From assembly GCF_009914755.1 (NCBI RefSeq), contig NC_060925.1: a stretch of DNA of 64,000 bases. The stretch is one strand, 5' to 3'. The translations under genes were made by a program, and so were the position numbers. The stretch's first letter is position 1, and the number at the start of each line of letters is the position of its first letter. The notes under the pieces are model-generated. The model had not been told where the DNA came from. It ran no database searches and saw only the letters and a list, made by a program, of their open reading frames with translations. This DNA is from the human T2T-CHM13v2.0 reference genome, Homo sapiens. Positions 39,429-52,119 of the stretch are shown one piece after another.

Positions 39429-40364
39429 TGGAATCACCTTCGCTGATTCATTCTTTCACCCACTCATCCACTCATGCACCCGGACCCGCAGCCTGTGCCC
39501 CGCTCTGTGCTGTGAGCACCCCGCACCGCGGGACCCAGCCGGCACCGAGACAGGAGGACGGGACTTGAAAGGAGTGAGCGAGGCATCTCCAGGGCTGGGC
39601 CTGGAGCCTTGTCCTGGGTAAGATGAGGGCCTTGCGGCCTCTTCTTGCGCCAGCCCTGCCCCCAGGAGCTGCCTCTGTGTCTCCCCTGTGTGGCCCGGCC
39701 TCTTGCCACCTGCCGCTGTCTCAGAAAATAGGCTGGGTGCTTTCTGGAGGCCATAATGACAGCTCATGGTTCAGGAGCAGCTTCCCAGTGTTGGTGCCTC
39801 ACACCGGGTGTGACACACGCGCTGAGGAACCCCTCATTAGCAATGACAACCACAAAAACAAGGTGGACGGGGCACTGCGCAGTCATCCTCCTCTTACCCC
39901 TCACGGGGCCCCACAAATTATGGGTTGTGCTGCCCCCGCCACCAGGGTGACATGGAGGAGCAAACCCTGCATTGGCTCTGGGAAGGTTGAGGCGGAGGCT
40001 CAGGCTGGAGGCTGGCACCTGCGTTTTCATTACAGCAAAATCAGTATCCAGAGGTGGGAACCAGGGTTGGAGGGATGGGTCGGGGCATAGCGGGCCATCC
40101 TGAGCTCCTTGACCCAGCACAGAAGCTGACTAGGAAGAGACCCTGGGGCCAGCGGCACAAGCACCAGCTCAATGTCAGACCTGATCCGAGTTGGTTTCCA
40201 CAGTCAGACACTGCTGCTGAGGGCAGGCCTGAATGACCGGTGGCGGCAGAGACAGCGGGATCTGGGGAAACGCCTGACAGAGAGGGCCCTGAGACCCTGG
40301 TTCTGGGGGGCAGTGTCTCTGAGGTGCCTTCCTGGAGTGGCTCAGGCTGAGAGAGGCCGAGCTC

Positions 40365-40515
40365 TTTCTGTCTCAGTCCATCTCTCTCCCCCCATCTGTC
40401 CCTCGCTCTCTCTGTTTCTCTCTGCCCATCTCTTTCTCCCCATCTGTCCCTCTCTCTGTTTCTCTCCCTGTCTCTGTCCCTCTGTCTCCGTCCATCTCTT
40501 TCTCCTCATCTGTCC
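40365..40515. repeat. CT-rich low-complexity tract (catctgtccctctctctgtttctc-like units)
   Basis: Repeated tctgtccctc / catctctttctc units. Confidence 0.8.
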
Positions 40516-42162
40516 TCGCCACTGCCCCCTACCCACTGTCTCTCCTCCTCCCTCTTCCCATCCCTCCCTCCACTGTGTGGACCAGCATGGGTGGAGCAGC
40601 AGGCTTCTCCGCTCAGCATACGCTCTGCCCACAGCGGCCGCTGGACACAGCCTTTGGGGCTGTGGCTGGCAGAAGTCTGTGGTCTTGGTTTTTTTCTGAC
40701 TTTTCGTCCCCGCAGTTGTTCCTGTGGGGTTGGAGGCCGACCCACTGTGGACTTCAACTTGGCAGAGGTCCCACGAGACAGTGCCTTCCGGGAAGCCCAA
40801 GGAAGTGGCAACTTGGGATGTTCCCTGGTGTCCTGGGGGACATGTGTGGTGAGGGCCGTCCTCCTCTCCCCTGGCCTCACACCTGGGCGAGGCTTGGTCC
40901 CAACGCTCATTCTGTGACCTTTGTGAATCTTGCCATGGCTTGATGCCTGGTGGGGAAAGCTGGGACCACCCCAGGGGTTTCTGTGAAGCCTGAATGAGAC
41001 TTGAACGCAGGTGGGGGCTCACCAAGGGCCTGGCCCACAGTGGCTGTGCCTCCGACTCTGGCGCTGGCTCTGGTCACTCGCTGTGGCTGCTCCGGCAGTA
41101 GCTCAGCGGATCCTTCATTCCTCCGGGCAGAGCTGGGCTCAGGCTGTCTTGCCTCCCAGGGCAGCCTCGGCCTCTGGCCTTCCTGTGGCCCGTCCATGGT
41201 CAGCTGTGGCAGGGCCCACGTTCAGCCCATGGAGGAGGAAAGGGCTCGGCCGTGGCTGTGCTTCAGGACCTGCTCCTGCAGCCCCGTGCCCTGCTGAGCC
41301 CCTCCTTTGTCCCCAGAGGGCTCGGCCCACCCTGCACACACCCAGGACTGGCCACTGGGCCAGCTGCTGCCGCCAGAGTCTTCCCTGGTTGTTGAGGATG
41401 CACAGCCACAAGAACCCCTTGCGTTTGGCAGCACTTTCACGTTCTCAAAGCCACACGAGAATGGCCCTCCAAGACACTGAGCAGGCATCATTATTGTGCC
41501 CATTCATCAGATGGAAAAACAGAGGTCCATGGCGGTCTGGAGTCACACAGACAGTGACTGCAGGAGGGGCCAGCCCGGGTCTCCCCACGCCTAAACCAGG
41601 GAGCCCTAAGAAGGAGTGAAGAAGGCATGAGAGGAAGGGGTCAGTGGTGGTCCCTGACCTGGGAAGGTGCCCCTAGGTCGGGCTGGGCTGGATGGACCTC
41701 CTGCCCATAGCCCCAGAAAGCCACCCTCAGGGCCTGGTATTCCCCCAGGGACAACCGGGTCAGTGACAGTTCTCTGGCTGAAGCAAAGAAACCAACCTTA
41801 GCTGAGAAAATGAAGAAAGGGGAGGGGGCAGAACTTACCGCTGGGACAACATGAGAAGCCTTGGGGTGGAAGAGGCCGCCGGAAGACCAGGCCCCAGAAA
41901 GAAAGGGGCCCAGAATTCTGTGGGTTCAGGCAGCAGCCTCCCCAGGGGCTCCAGCTTGAGGCATCCTCTGCAGGAACCCAAAATCCTGGGCAGGAATCAG
42001 GCTGGCTGCATCCCCACTCCTCGACAACCTGGGTACAGGTGTGCACTTGGTGGAAATGGAGGGGTCAGTTCCTCAAGAGGAGGATGGGGGGATCACTGCC
42101 TGAGGGGGGACTCGGGTGCTGCTCAGAGAAAACAGGCACAGACCCTCCCAGTAATTCTGGGC

Positions 42163-44545
42163 ACACTCACACTCACTCTTACTCCCTCCCCACTCACACT
42201 CACACTCACTTATTCACTCACACTAGCTCACTCACTCACATTTAGTCATTCACTCACAGTCACTCGCTCACTCACACACACACTTGCTCAGTCACTCACA
42301 CTCATTCACTCACACACACTCGCTCACTCATTCACTCACTTATTGACACACTCGCTCAGTCACTCACACTCAGTCACTCATTCACTCACACTCATTCACT
42401 CACACACTCACTCATTCACTCACACTTGCTCATTCATTCACTCATACTCACACTCATTCACTCACACACTTGCTCAGTCACTCATTCACACTCAGTCACT
42501 CATTCACTCACTCATTTACTCACACACTGTCACTCACACTCGCTCACTCATTCATTCACTCATACTCACACTCATTCACTCACTCATACACTCATTCACT
42601 CACACTTGCTCAGTCACTCATTCACACTCACTCACATTCACTCACTCATTTACTCACACACTCACACTCATTCACTCACACGCTCATTCATTCACTCATA
42701 CACTCATTCACTCACACACTCACACTCAGTCACTCTTACTCCCTCCCCACTCACACTCACACTTACACTCACTTATTCACTCACACTAGCTCACTCACAT
42801 TTAGTCATTCACTCACACAGTCACTCGCTCACACTCATACACACTTGCTCAGTCACTCACATTCACGCTCACTCACTTATTGACACACACACTCGCTCAG
42901 TCACACTCACATTCAGTCACTCATTCACTCACACTCACACATTCAGTCACTCATTCACTCACTCACACCCACTCACTCACTCACACACATGCTCACTCAT
43001 TCACTCATACTCACACTCATTCACTCACACACTTGCTCAGTCACTCATTCAGTCACTCAGTCACTCACTCATTCACTCACACTCATTTACTCACACTCTC
43101 ATTCAGTCACTCACACACACGCTCATTCATTCATTCACTCATACACTCATTCACACACAGTTGTTCAGTCACTCATTCACACTCACAGTCACTCACTCAT
43201 TCACTCACACTCATTTACTCACACACACTCATTCAGTCACACACACTCGCTCATTCATTCACTCATACACTCATTCACTCACACACTTGCTCACTCATTC
43301 ACTCACTCATATTCACACTCATTCACTCACACACTTGCTGTCACTCATTCACACTCAGTCACAGTCACTCATTCACACACTCATTTACTCACACACTCAC
43401 ACTCATTCAGTCACACACACTCGCTCACTCATTCATTCACTCATACACTCATTCACTCACACTTGCTCACTCACTCACAGTCACTCATTCACTCACATAC
43501 TCGCTCAGTCACTCATTCACTCACACTCATCCACTCATTCACTCACACACACTCATTCACTCACACGCTCACACTTACTCACTCACTCATTCACTCACAA
43601 TCATTCACTCACTCGCACACTCATTCACTCACTTATTCACTCACTCGCTCATTCACACACACACTCATTCACTCACACTTGCTCATTCACTCACTCACAG
43701 TCACTCACACACTCACACTCATTCACTTGCTCAGTCACTCATTCACATACACTTGCTCATCACACACAGTCACTGATTCATTCACTCACTCACTTATTCA
43801 CTCACACACACTCGCTCAGTCACTCACACACTTGCTCAGTCACTCGTTCACTCACACTCAGTCACTCATTCACTCACTCACTCATTCACTCACACTCCCA
43901 CACTTGCTCAGTCACTCACACACTCATACATTCGCTCACTCATTCTCTCACACACTTGCTCAGTCACTCGTTCACTCACACTCACAGTCACTCACTCATT
44001 CACTCACTCATTTATTCACTCACACTCATTCACTCACTCACACATTCACTCACACTCGCTCACTCACTCACTCAGTCATGCATTCACTCACTCACAGTCA
44101 CTCATTCACTCACACACATTCACTCACACACTTGCTCAGTCACTCATTCACTCACTCACACTCACTCACTTATTCACTCACACTCAGTCATTCACTCACT
44201 CAGTCACTCACACACACTCCCTCATTCACTCACTCTCACACACTCACTCACACACACACTCAGACTCATTCAGTCACTCTTATTCACTCACTTGGTCACT
44301 CACACAGTCACTCACATATTCATTCACTCACTGTCAGTCACTCACACACTCATTCACTCACTCACTCACACACTCAGTCACTCATTCACTCACACAGTCA
44401 CTCATTCAATCAGTCACTCATTCACTCACTCACACTCAGTCACTCACATATTCATTCACTCACACTCACTCATTCACTCACTTGCTCACTCACTCAGTCA
44501 CTCACTCACTCATACACTCACTCACTCATTCAATTGTTCATTCGT
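42163..44545. repeat. Complex (CACT/CATT/CA/CAGT)n simple-sequence array, ~2.4 kb
   Basis: Continuous cactcattcactcacac-type units on a G-poor strand. Confidence 0.97.
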
Positions 44546-45379
44546 TTGTTCACCAGACTCCTGCTGGTGGCCAGGAGCAGAGGGGCATGGAGGGGTGCAC
44601 TGTCCAGGTAATATCAAGCTGGCATGGGTGGGGGTGCTGGGAGCCTGGGGAAAGGACTAAGGGACGGTCACTTGGGGACACGTCTTTCTGAGGTGAAAAT
44701 GGCCCTGAGGAGCCCGAGGGACCCAGAGCCTAGTGTTCAGCGCCTCCCCTTGTGTGAGTTTGTGTGACAACAGGTGGTGGGGGCAGGTCTGGGGTCCTCA
44801 TGGTGGCAAGGACCCAGGGATTCAGGGAGGGAACTCATTTTGCCCTGGATGATACCTACGCATAAGTCACAGGAGCCTGGGGCACTGCCCGCCCAGCCCA
44901 TGGCATCCCATTACCCCATCCCAGCACAGGGGCTACCAGGCCAGGAAACACTAGAATCCCATAGATAGCAAGAAAAATGTAGGAAGACCCCAAGCAAGCT
45001 TCCTGGCCATGAGAATGTTCAGTTGCAAGCTGTGTTATGGGCACAGGGAGAGGAAGGAGGCAAATGCCCTTTCTGAACCCTGAAAGAAACCGAGGGTCTG
45101 GAACAGGGCTGGAAGCCCAGAGTGGGCCTGGATGTGCTGCCTCCCACCTTGAACATCGAGCGTCTGCCACTGCTTCCGGCTGAGGACTTGGCTAGGTCAT
45201 CAGGACCGCAGGGTCTCTCTGGCAGGGGAGAGGCTGAGACAAGGCACTTCTTGGCTGGGCCGAGGAGGATGCTTGCCCTTCACTTGCTGAAAAGGGGAAC
45301 CCTCTGTTTACACTCTTGTGTGTATTCCAAGCTCGGTGTGCCCTTCCCATGTGCCAGGGGCTGAGAACGTTACAAACTC

Positions 45380-45760
45380 ATTATAGAAAAGAATGTTCCC
45401 AGATTCCATTCATCTTACGAAAAGCGTCCCTGTTCTTGACATGCCGTGTAAGGACGCGCTTTTAAATGAAAACGAGGCTTTCAGCAAAAAACCAATCTGT
45501 TTAAAACAACCTGTGGAGTTATGAGAGATGTGCTTTTGACTAATGAGTGCAAACTTTATGCAAGCAGAGTGCTCAATTATGGATGAGCTAATTACATGGG
45601 CACGTCGTGTTTGGATTGCAGAGATGTCTCTACCTCTCTTCCTCAGACGAGGCTCCGGTCCGCTAGTGGTGATGATTAGTGAAACCTTGGTCTCATGTTA
45701 TGTTGCTAGGCATAAATAATCACTTAATTTTGTGACTCAATCTCCATCAATCACATGGGT
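45380..45760. promoter_or_regulatory. Candidate enhancer-like non-repeat island
   Basis: Unique AT-rich block with CTAATTA, CAATTA, GTTGCTAGG (RFX half-site), TGACTCA (AP-1) and ATCAATCA (PBX-like); motif-level evidence only. Confidence 0.35.
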
Positions 45761-45928
45761 GTGCCTTAGGGGTTTTCTATCAGTGCAGGATGCAGGAACC
45801 CAGGAAGGATCCCTCGGCCTCTGCAACACCTGGTTGTGATGGGGCTCAGCCTGGAAGTGTGGTCTCTGGGTGTAGTGAGAGCTCCTCTTGGGAGCAGGCT
45901 GTGCTGGCAGAAGCTCCCTCCTTCCTGT

Positions 45929-45982
45929 CTGCAGGGTGGCTCTCCGTGAGCTCTGCAGGGTGGCTCTCCGTGAGCTCTGCAG
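45929..45982. repeat. 24-bp perfect tandem duplication (2.25 copies)
   Basis: ctgcagggtggctctccgtgagct x2 + ctgcag. Confidence 0.95.
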
Positions 45983-46254
45983 AGGCACCCTGTGGACACC
46001 AGCTGAGAAGAGCAGGCCAGCAGATGCATTTTTAGGATCGAGAAGGTTGAGTTCTTAGAGTCCTTGAGCTTTTGTGCAGAGGCAGGCCTTCCTCAGACCA
46101 TGTCTCTTGAAGGTGATACAAGCCCAGAGTGTTGTTTTTTAAAAAATTTTATTTCAGGGCTTGGTCATTGAGTTGCACTTCCAGGAGTATCTTTTCTTTC
46201 CTTTATTCCCCAGAAAAAGCAAAACTAATTGTCTTCCTTTCTTTGCTTACAAGG

Positions 46255-46485
46255 TAACAATAGCAACTAATTATGCAGTGTGTTGATGATGTCTGGGCAT
46301 TGTGCTGTTTTACATATATAGTCTACTTTAATCCTTAGTACATTCATGTTGGTTGATGAGCAAATGAGCAAATTCAGGCAGAGAGGAGCTAAATTATTTG
46401 TTCGGTCTTCCAAAGCTACCGAGTATCCGAGCCCACAGTGGGATCTGACTGTTGAACTTCAAAGCTCACACTTATAACCACTTCA
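46255..46485 (-). mobile_element. MIR SINE relic
   Basis: aatagcaactaattat...gggcattgtgct...tttaatcct...aggcagagaggagctaaattattt...cttcaaagctcacacttataaccac. Confidence 0.6.
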
Positions 46486-47089
46486 TTGTGCCACCTGTAG
46501 AGCAGCTGAGCACCTACTGGCTGACCACGTGCAAAAATAAGGTCCTCCTTTTCCCCTCAAGCAACCTGTACGCTGGGGAAGAGGCTTCATGAATCCCAGC
46601 CACTGTAACACAACCTGGGTTGAAACGGTAATTAAATCTTCAAGGTGTTACCTGTAGCTTGATTCTACAAGTTAAAAAATATTAGCAGATTGTGTTTGCA
46701 CTTTTGTAATTTGTAAATATTATTCACTGCATAGCCACATAGTGAACTATGATTTCTTTTTTCTTGTATGTATTTTTCCCTCAGAAGATTCTAGTTTCCT
46801 TTTTTTTTCTTGCATGGTCTATCATTAGCTTACCCTTAAATTCCTGTAGCCTCTCTGTAACAGTAACAAGTCTCTGAAATTTCATTAAAAAAAAAAAACA
46901 AAAAAACAGGCAACTCCCTCTGGGAATTCTTTTGCAAGCTCCAAATGAAGCAACTGCATCCCAGGATGGCTCGTCCATTAACATCTTGGGATAGCCTTCA
47001 TCTCTCCCCTGAATTGGATCCTCCAATTTCTTACTTCTTTTTTTATGGTGGGTGGGGAGGAACTACATCCTTAAGTAATTTTTCTTTTT

Positions 47090-48240
47090 TATTAATACAT
47101 GTCTAATTTTTAATAGTTTAGATTTACAGAAAAGTTATGAAGACAGTATGGTGTCAACTTGAAACGATCAAAAGGATCAGAATCCAGTTTTAAAGAGTCT
47201 GTTTAAGCAAAAAGCTGGGAATAGCCATCCTGGAGACACAGACTCTGGAGAAATGGGGTCAGTGTTCTGAAATTAAAAGTGAAGGTATTGCTTTATAGGT
47301 AGAAGGCAAAGAAATTTAACAGGACTACAATATTTCCTATGCAAATCTGGTTTATGAGCTACAATAATTTAATTAGTTACAGTTTGTTCTCTTTTAACAG
47401 TTTGTTTTCTTGTTTTCTTTACATCTGATTTTCATTAACTTTCCAATTTAAAAGAGTGTATTTAACATTTCTTCTTAAGACAATGTGGTAGCCATGAATT
47501 CTGTGTGTGAGAAAGGTAAGAGAAGCTAATCTGTTATGAAGATCAGCAGTGAGAAAAGGAAGCCTTTAGTTATTTGCAACATTTTGCAAAACAATGTAGA
47601 GAGGAAGAAGTCTAATGTAGAATCAGAGAGAGGAAGGTTACAGCTGCCTCAGTTACAGCTGCCTGTCACATGACTCGGGCCCCATAATTACATTCCTTTG
47701 AGGCTCAAAATAATTTTGAATTCCAACAGCTTAGATTTTGAATTACTTATTTTCACAATAGGGAGTTCATATCTACGCTCTACCCAGTTCCTTTTATTAG
47801 TAACATTAATATGGTACATTTGTCACACTTGATAAACCAACATCAGTAGGTCATTTTCCCCCAGATCTCCTTAGTTTTTACCTAATGCCCCAGGATCGAT
47901 TTCTATTCCAGGATCCCTTCCAGAATCCTGCATTACATTTAGTCATCACGTCTCCTTGGGCTCCTCTTGGCTGTGACAGTTTCTCAGACTTTTCTGGATT
48001 TTGATGACCTTGATAGTTGTTTGGCATACTGGCTAGATATTTTGTAGAATTTCCGTCAATGAGGGTTTGTCTGATGTTTTTCTCATGATTAGACTGGCGC
48101 TGTGTAGTTTTGGAAGGAAGACTGCAGGGGTGAAGTGCCCTTCTCATTGCATTGCATCCAGGGTGCCTGTTCTCAACATGCCTCATTACTACTGAAGTTG
48201 ACCTTGATCACCTGGCAGAGGAATGTGTGCCAGGTGTCAC
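47090..48240 (-). mobile_element. L1MC-type 3' end split by an ERV LTR
   Basis: agtttagatttacagaaaagtt...; ttccaggatcccttccagaatcctgcattacatttagtcatcacgtctcc...gtgacagtttctcagact. Confidence 0.75.
47152..47757 (-). mobile_element. ERV1 (MER4-group) solo LTR, subfamily uncertain
   Basis: TG...CA termini (reverse start tgtgaaaataagtaattcaaaatctaagctgttggaa); approximate 4-bp TSD atgg/atag; host L1 resumes on both sides. Confidence 0.7.
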
Positions 48241-50144
48241 CACTGGGAAGGAAGGGGCTCTGTGGTGCCAATAGTCTGGCATTATTCATTCATTTATTCA
48301 TGATTTCATCTATATAGTTGTCTATATTCTGCTTTCAGTTGACTTTTCTGGAAATTGCTCCATTTGGCAGCGTTCACTGGGCCAGGGACAGCCTGCAGGC
48401 AGCATGACATTAATTTGACTTTTTCTGGCTCTTTGGTGACCTTTGAATTACCAAGACTGGTTAATTCAGTCTTATCTTCTTTGATTGACATTTGATTCCT
48501 TCTCTACCATTTCTTCTGGTTGCCATTAAACAAATATTGGACTCTCAGCATGACTCATGTTAGGATGCAGTTGTATCAGGGCAGCAGCTCTGCATAGGAA
48601 GTGTTGCTCTTGCATATTGCAGGGTATTAAGTGATTTTATTCCACCTGGCATTAATCTCACACTGAACGCTGATGTTCCAACCATCTGGCCGCCATGAGG
48701 ACAATCAGCTGAGCCAGCAAACACCGTCATTGCAGGGAGGCCAGGAACAGTGGCAGGGCCTGTCCCCAGCTGCTCCTGCTGCTGAGCCACTTCCAGGGCT
48801 CTCCTCAGAAGCCCCTCCCTTGGGCCCTCCACCTGGGCATTGCGGCGAGGCCCCTTTGCTTCCAGCGTGTGCTTTCTAGGCTGGACAAATGAACCTGTTC
48901 CCTGCAAAGACCCTGGGGGCTGGGTGGCCCTTGGGAGAGGGAGACCATATGGGGAAGCCAGTGTGTTTCCAGAAATATGATCTTTTTGGAATTTTCCCTA
49001 CTTTAGAACACAGATGGGTTTCTTCTTGGTGCTGATCTAATTGATACTATTAGTAGCTAATGCTGCCTGAGCCCTTGAGGCGCCTGGCACTTCCCACGGC
49101 TAGCTCACCGTATCCTCCTCACAGTCTTATAGGGTAGGAACTACTTCTTGGCCCCATTTCTAGGGGAGAGACTGAGGCTCAGAGAGGAGGGAGCAGCTGC
49201 TGTCTGGGGAGTCTGTGTGAGTGAAGAACTGCTGCTCCACTCCAGGAGAGCCAGGAAGCACCTGCTCTGTGGTAGCTCTGGCATCCTCTATCCTGGCTAT
49301 CTGTGGGGCTGTGCTGGCCCTTGCCTTTGAGAAACATGGGATCTGGGATTTAGGTGGGACTGGCATGTCCTCTTGGTGTGTTTCCAAGAGTGCATTTGGT
49401 TGGAGGTGGGCATCTATTTTTGTGGTAAGATCCAGCCAGGTGAGCAGGAAGGCAGGATCGGGCCATGGGGCTGCCTGAGATTGGCACGAGGCTCCCTTCA
49501 GAGCAGGTCATTTCCAGTGAGCCTGACTCTCTGTCGTGGAAAACAGCTGCTCTGGAGAAACGTGACAATGTCAGTGCATTCACCTTGTGGGGCTTCCACG
49601 TGATTTAAACAGTCCCGCTGACTCCAATTAGTCAATGAAAGCCCCACCTCTCCATTGAAGGAGAGAGAAATCCTAATGGATTTGTTCTCAAAGTGAGTAA
49701 TATTGTTGAACATAGGGAAGTGTCAAAGTAATAAACACTTCAATAAATGTTGTGCTCTAGCCCGTCACTTCTGAAGCTGAAAACTAATTAGGACCCTCGG
49801 GGCAGCAGAGGCAGGCAGTGTGGTGATTTCCCGCCAAGCCTGGGTCCAGATTCACCCAGTGTTGTGCTGACCTAGGCAAGGGCGGCAGACCACGGCCAGT
49901 GATGGCCCCACAAAGTGGAAGGAACTAGGAGGAGCAGAAGAAACTTCTCCGAGACTTATGAAACCCAGAGCACGGCAGGACAGAGCAGGGTCCCTGCCAC
50001 CGTTCCTGGTGAGAGAGCAGGTCTCCCTGCCCTGCTCTGGAAGGAACAATCCCACAGTTCCTGAGGCTCAAACCATGGGATGGCTTTTCAGTGTCTCACT
50101 CCAGATTCTTGTGTCAGCTGCTTCATAGGTCACTCTCAGGACAG

Positions 50145-50380
50145 GGGAGATGGTGGGAAGACGAGGAGAAAGGGGAAAAAGAAGGAGAGTGGGAGCGAGA
50201 GGAGGAGCAGGAAGAGAAGCAGAAGATAAAGATAAGATGAAGAGGTGAAAGGAGGGAAGAAAGAAAAGGAAGGAGAAGGAGGAGAAAGAAAAGGGTAGAA
50301 AGGGGCAGGTTCAGGAGAAGGAGGAGGACGAAATAGTAGGAGGGGACAGATAGGGAGAAACAGGGAGGGAGAGAGAGGGG
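50145..50380. repeat. GA-rich low-complexity tract
   Basis: Purine-rich strand. Confidence 0.8.
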
Positions 50381-50504
50381 GGCTCTGTTACACACTGCTA
50401 CCTTGTAGACTCACAGGCTTGGAGCAGCGTGACTTTCAGATGCTGAGTTACAAGACTTAGAAAGACTTCCTGGCTTTTGAGAGTGGCCTGATTTGCAGCT
50501 CTGA

Positions 50505-50812
50505 TTTTTTTTTTTTTTTTTTTTTTTTGAGATGGAGTCTCGCTCTGTCGCTCAGCCTGGAGTGCAGTGGCGCAATGATCTCAGCTCACTGAAAGCTCCG
50601 CCTTCTGGGTTCACCCATTCTCCTACCTCAGCCTCCCGAGTAGCTGGGACTGCAGGCACCCACCACTGTGCCTGGCTAATTTTTTTGTATTTTTAGTAGA
50701 GACGGGGTTTCACTGTGTTAGCCAGGATGGTCTCGATCTCCTGACCTCGCGATCCGCCCGCCTCCGCCTCCCAAAGTGCTGGGATTACAGGCGTGAGCCA
50801 CCGTGCCTGGCC
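50505..50812 (-). mobile_element. AluY
   Basis: aagctccgcc...ttcacccattctc; TSD tgcagctctgatttt (50494-50508, 50814-50828). Confidence 0.95.
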
Positions 50813-51029
50813 CTGCAGCTCTGATTTTATGGTCACCCCTCACTGAAACCAGTGGGGGAAGGCAGGTCCTGCCAGTCCTCCTGTGAGCCCTGAGGGAAGG
50901 GGGATTCCCTTTCTCCGGCTGTGGCAGGTCCTTGGAATACTCTGACCCCTCTCACTCTTCTCAGCCCCACCCAGCACCTCTGTCTTCACCCGCCTGGTAG
51001 GTACCAGCTCACTTGGGTCCGAAGCCCGT

Positions 51030-51530
51030 GAGATTGCATTTTCCCTACACCAATGTTTTCATGGCCACTGCTCCCAGCAATAGGAGGCTGGCAATAAAAA
51101 TAATTTATTGGGGGACTGTTGATAAAGCCCTGCTTATTGCAAACAGTAAATTAAAAGTGAGCACTTCCACCTTTATTTCACACCTAGGGAACGATAACCA
51201 CTCACAGTGAACTCGAAGGAGAGGGAGAACGAGATATGGAACAATCGTTCAACTTCTCCCGTCTTACCAGCAACCTCATAAAAATTAAGGAATAATTTTT
51301 CAAAGAGATAAGGGCTTTAGGGACATGAAAATCAAAACAACCCAATTGTTCCTGCCCGGAGGAGGTACATGCAGGATGGGAAGGGATTTCTTTTCCCATT
51401 TTTAATTTGCAAGAACCTTGTAAACTACAAATTAAAGGAGCAATAGCAATTCAAAAGGCTTGATTCATTAAGCCTTTATTTACCCTTAATGCCTCCAAAG
51501 AAAAATAATTTGCTTTCTGAACATGAGTGA
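51030..51530. promoter_or_regulatory. Candidate enhancer-like island (posterior HOX/CDX, GATA, FOX motifs)
   Basis: CAATAAAA, CTCATAAAA, TGATAA/AGATAA, GTAAAC and TATTTAC clustered in unique sequence; motif-level evidence only. Confidence 0.35.
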
Positions 51531-52014
51531 TGGGCTCAGAGCTGACATTTTCCCACACAAATCCCCAGGCCCCTTTCAGGGTGAAGCTACTGTGTGCCGA
51601 GCAAAGGTGGTGCCTTACAGACTCTCAGGGCCCTGCTGGGTCCATGCTCTCAAGTGAGTGGAGGTACCCGGGAGACCTCTGTGAGCTGCCTTGAGTTGGG
51701 GGATCACAGCTTCTGGGCCCAGTCAGCTCCCAGGCCTGGAGACAGGAATGGCTGAGAGGGCCACTTGAGTTTCCTGCTGGTAAATCCTGGGATGGTTTCA
51801 AATTCACATCCCTTCTCCAACAAGCCTGATGTGATTCACCATCAGCACTCATAAAAGCACAGAGTAGGGGCCTGACAAATAGGTTTCTAAATGAATGAAA
51901 GAAGAAACAAATGAATGAAGGGACTTGGCACTCCATCACCCATTTGTACTGGGCTTTTGGGAAGGGTGGGGCGTTTCCATCCATACCTGGAATCATCGAG
52001 CCTGTTAACTCTTA

Positions 52015-52119
52015 TTTTCTTTATTATTAATTTTGGTGGGTACATAATAGGTGTATTTATTTATTTATGGGGTACATGAGATGTTTTGATACAGGCATGC
52101 AATGTGAAATAAGCACAGT
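52015..52119 (-). mobile_element. ~105-bp L1MA1/2-like 3' terminus with TSD
   Basis: gtgggtacataataggtg...ggggtacatgagatgttttgatacaggcatgcaatgtgaaataagcaca; 17-bp TSD gagcctgt(t/g)aactctta (51998-52014, 52120-52136). Confidence 0.85.

Noticed and set aside
42426-44660. 744-aa His/Thr/Ser/Leu-rich ORF and overlapping 540- and 298-aa ORFs
   Set aside because: Product of a G-poor simple repeat lacking stop codons; the longest starts at TTG; several frames are open and there is no domain structure
51454-51478. Short inverted repeat aaaggctt...aagccttt as a miRNA or terminator hairpin
   Set aside because: Stem too short for a pre-miRNA; expected by chance in AT-rich DNA
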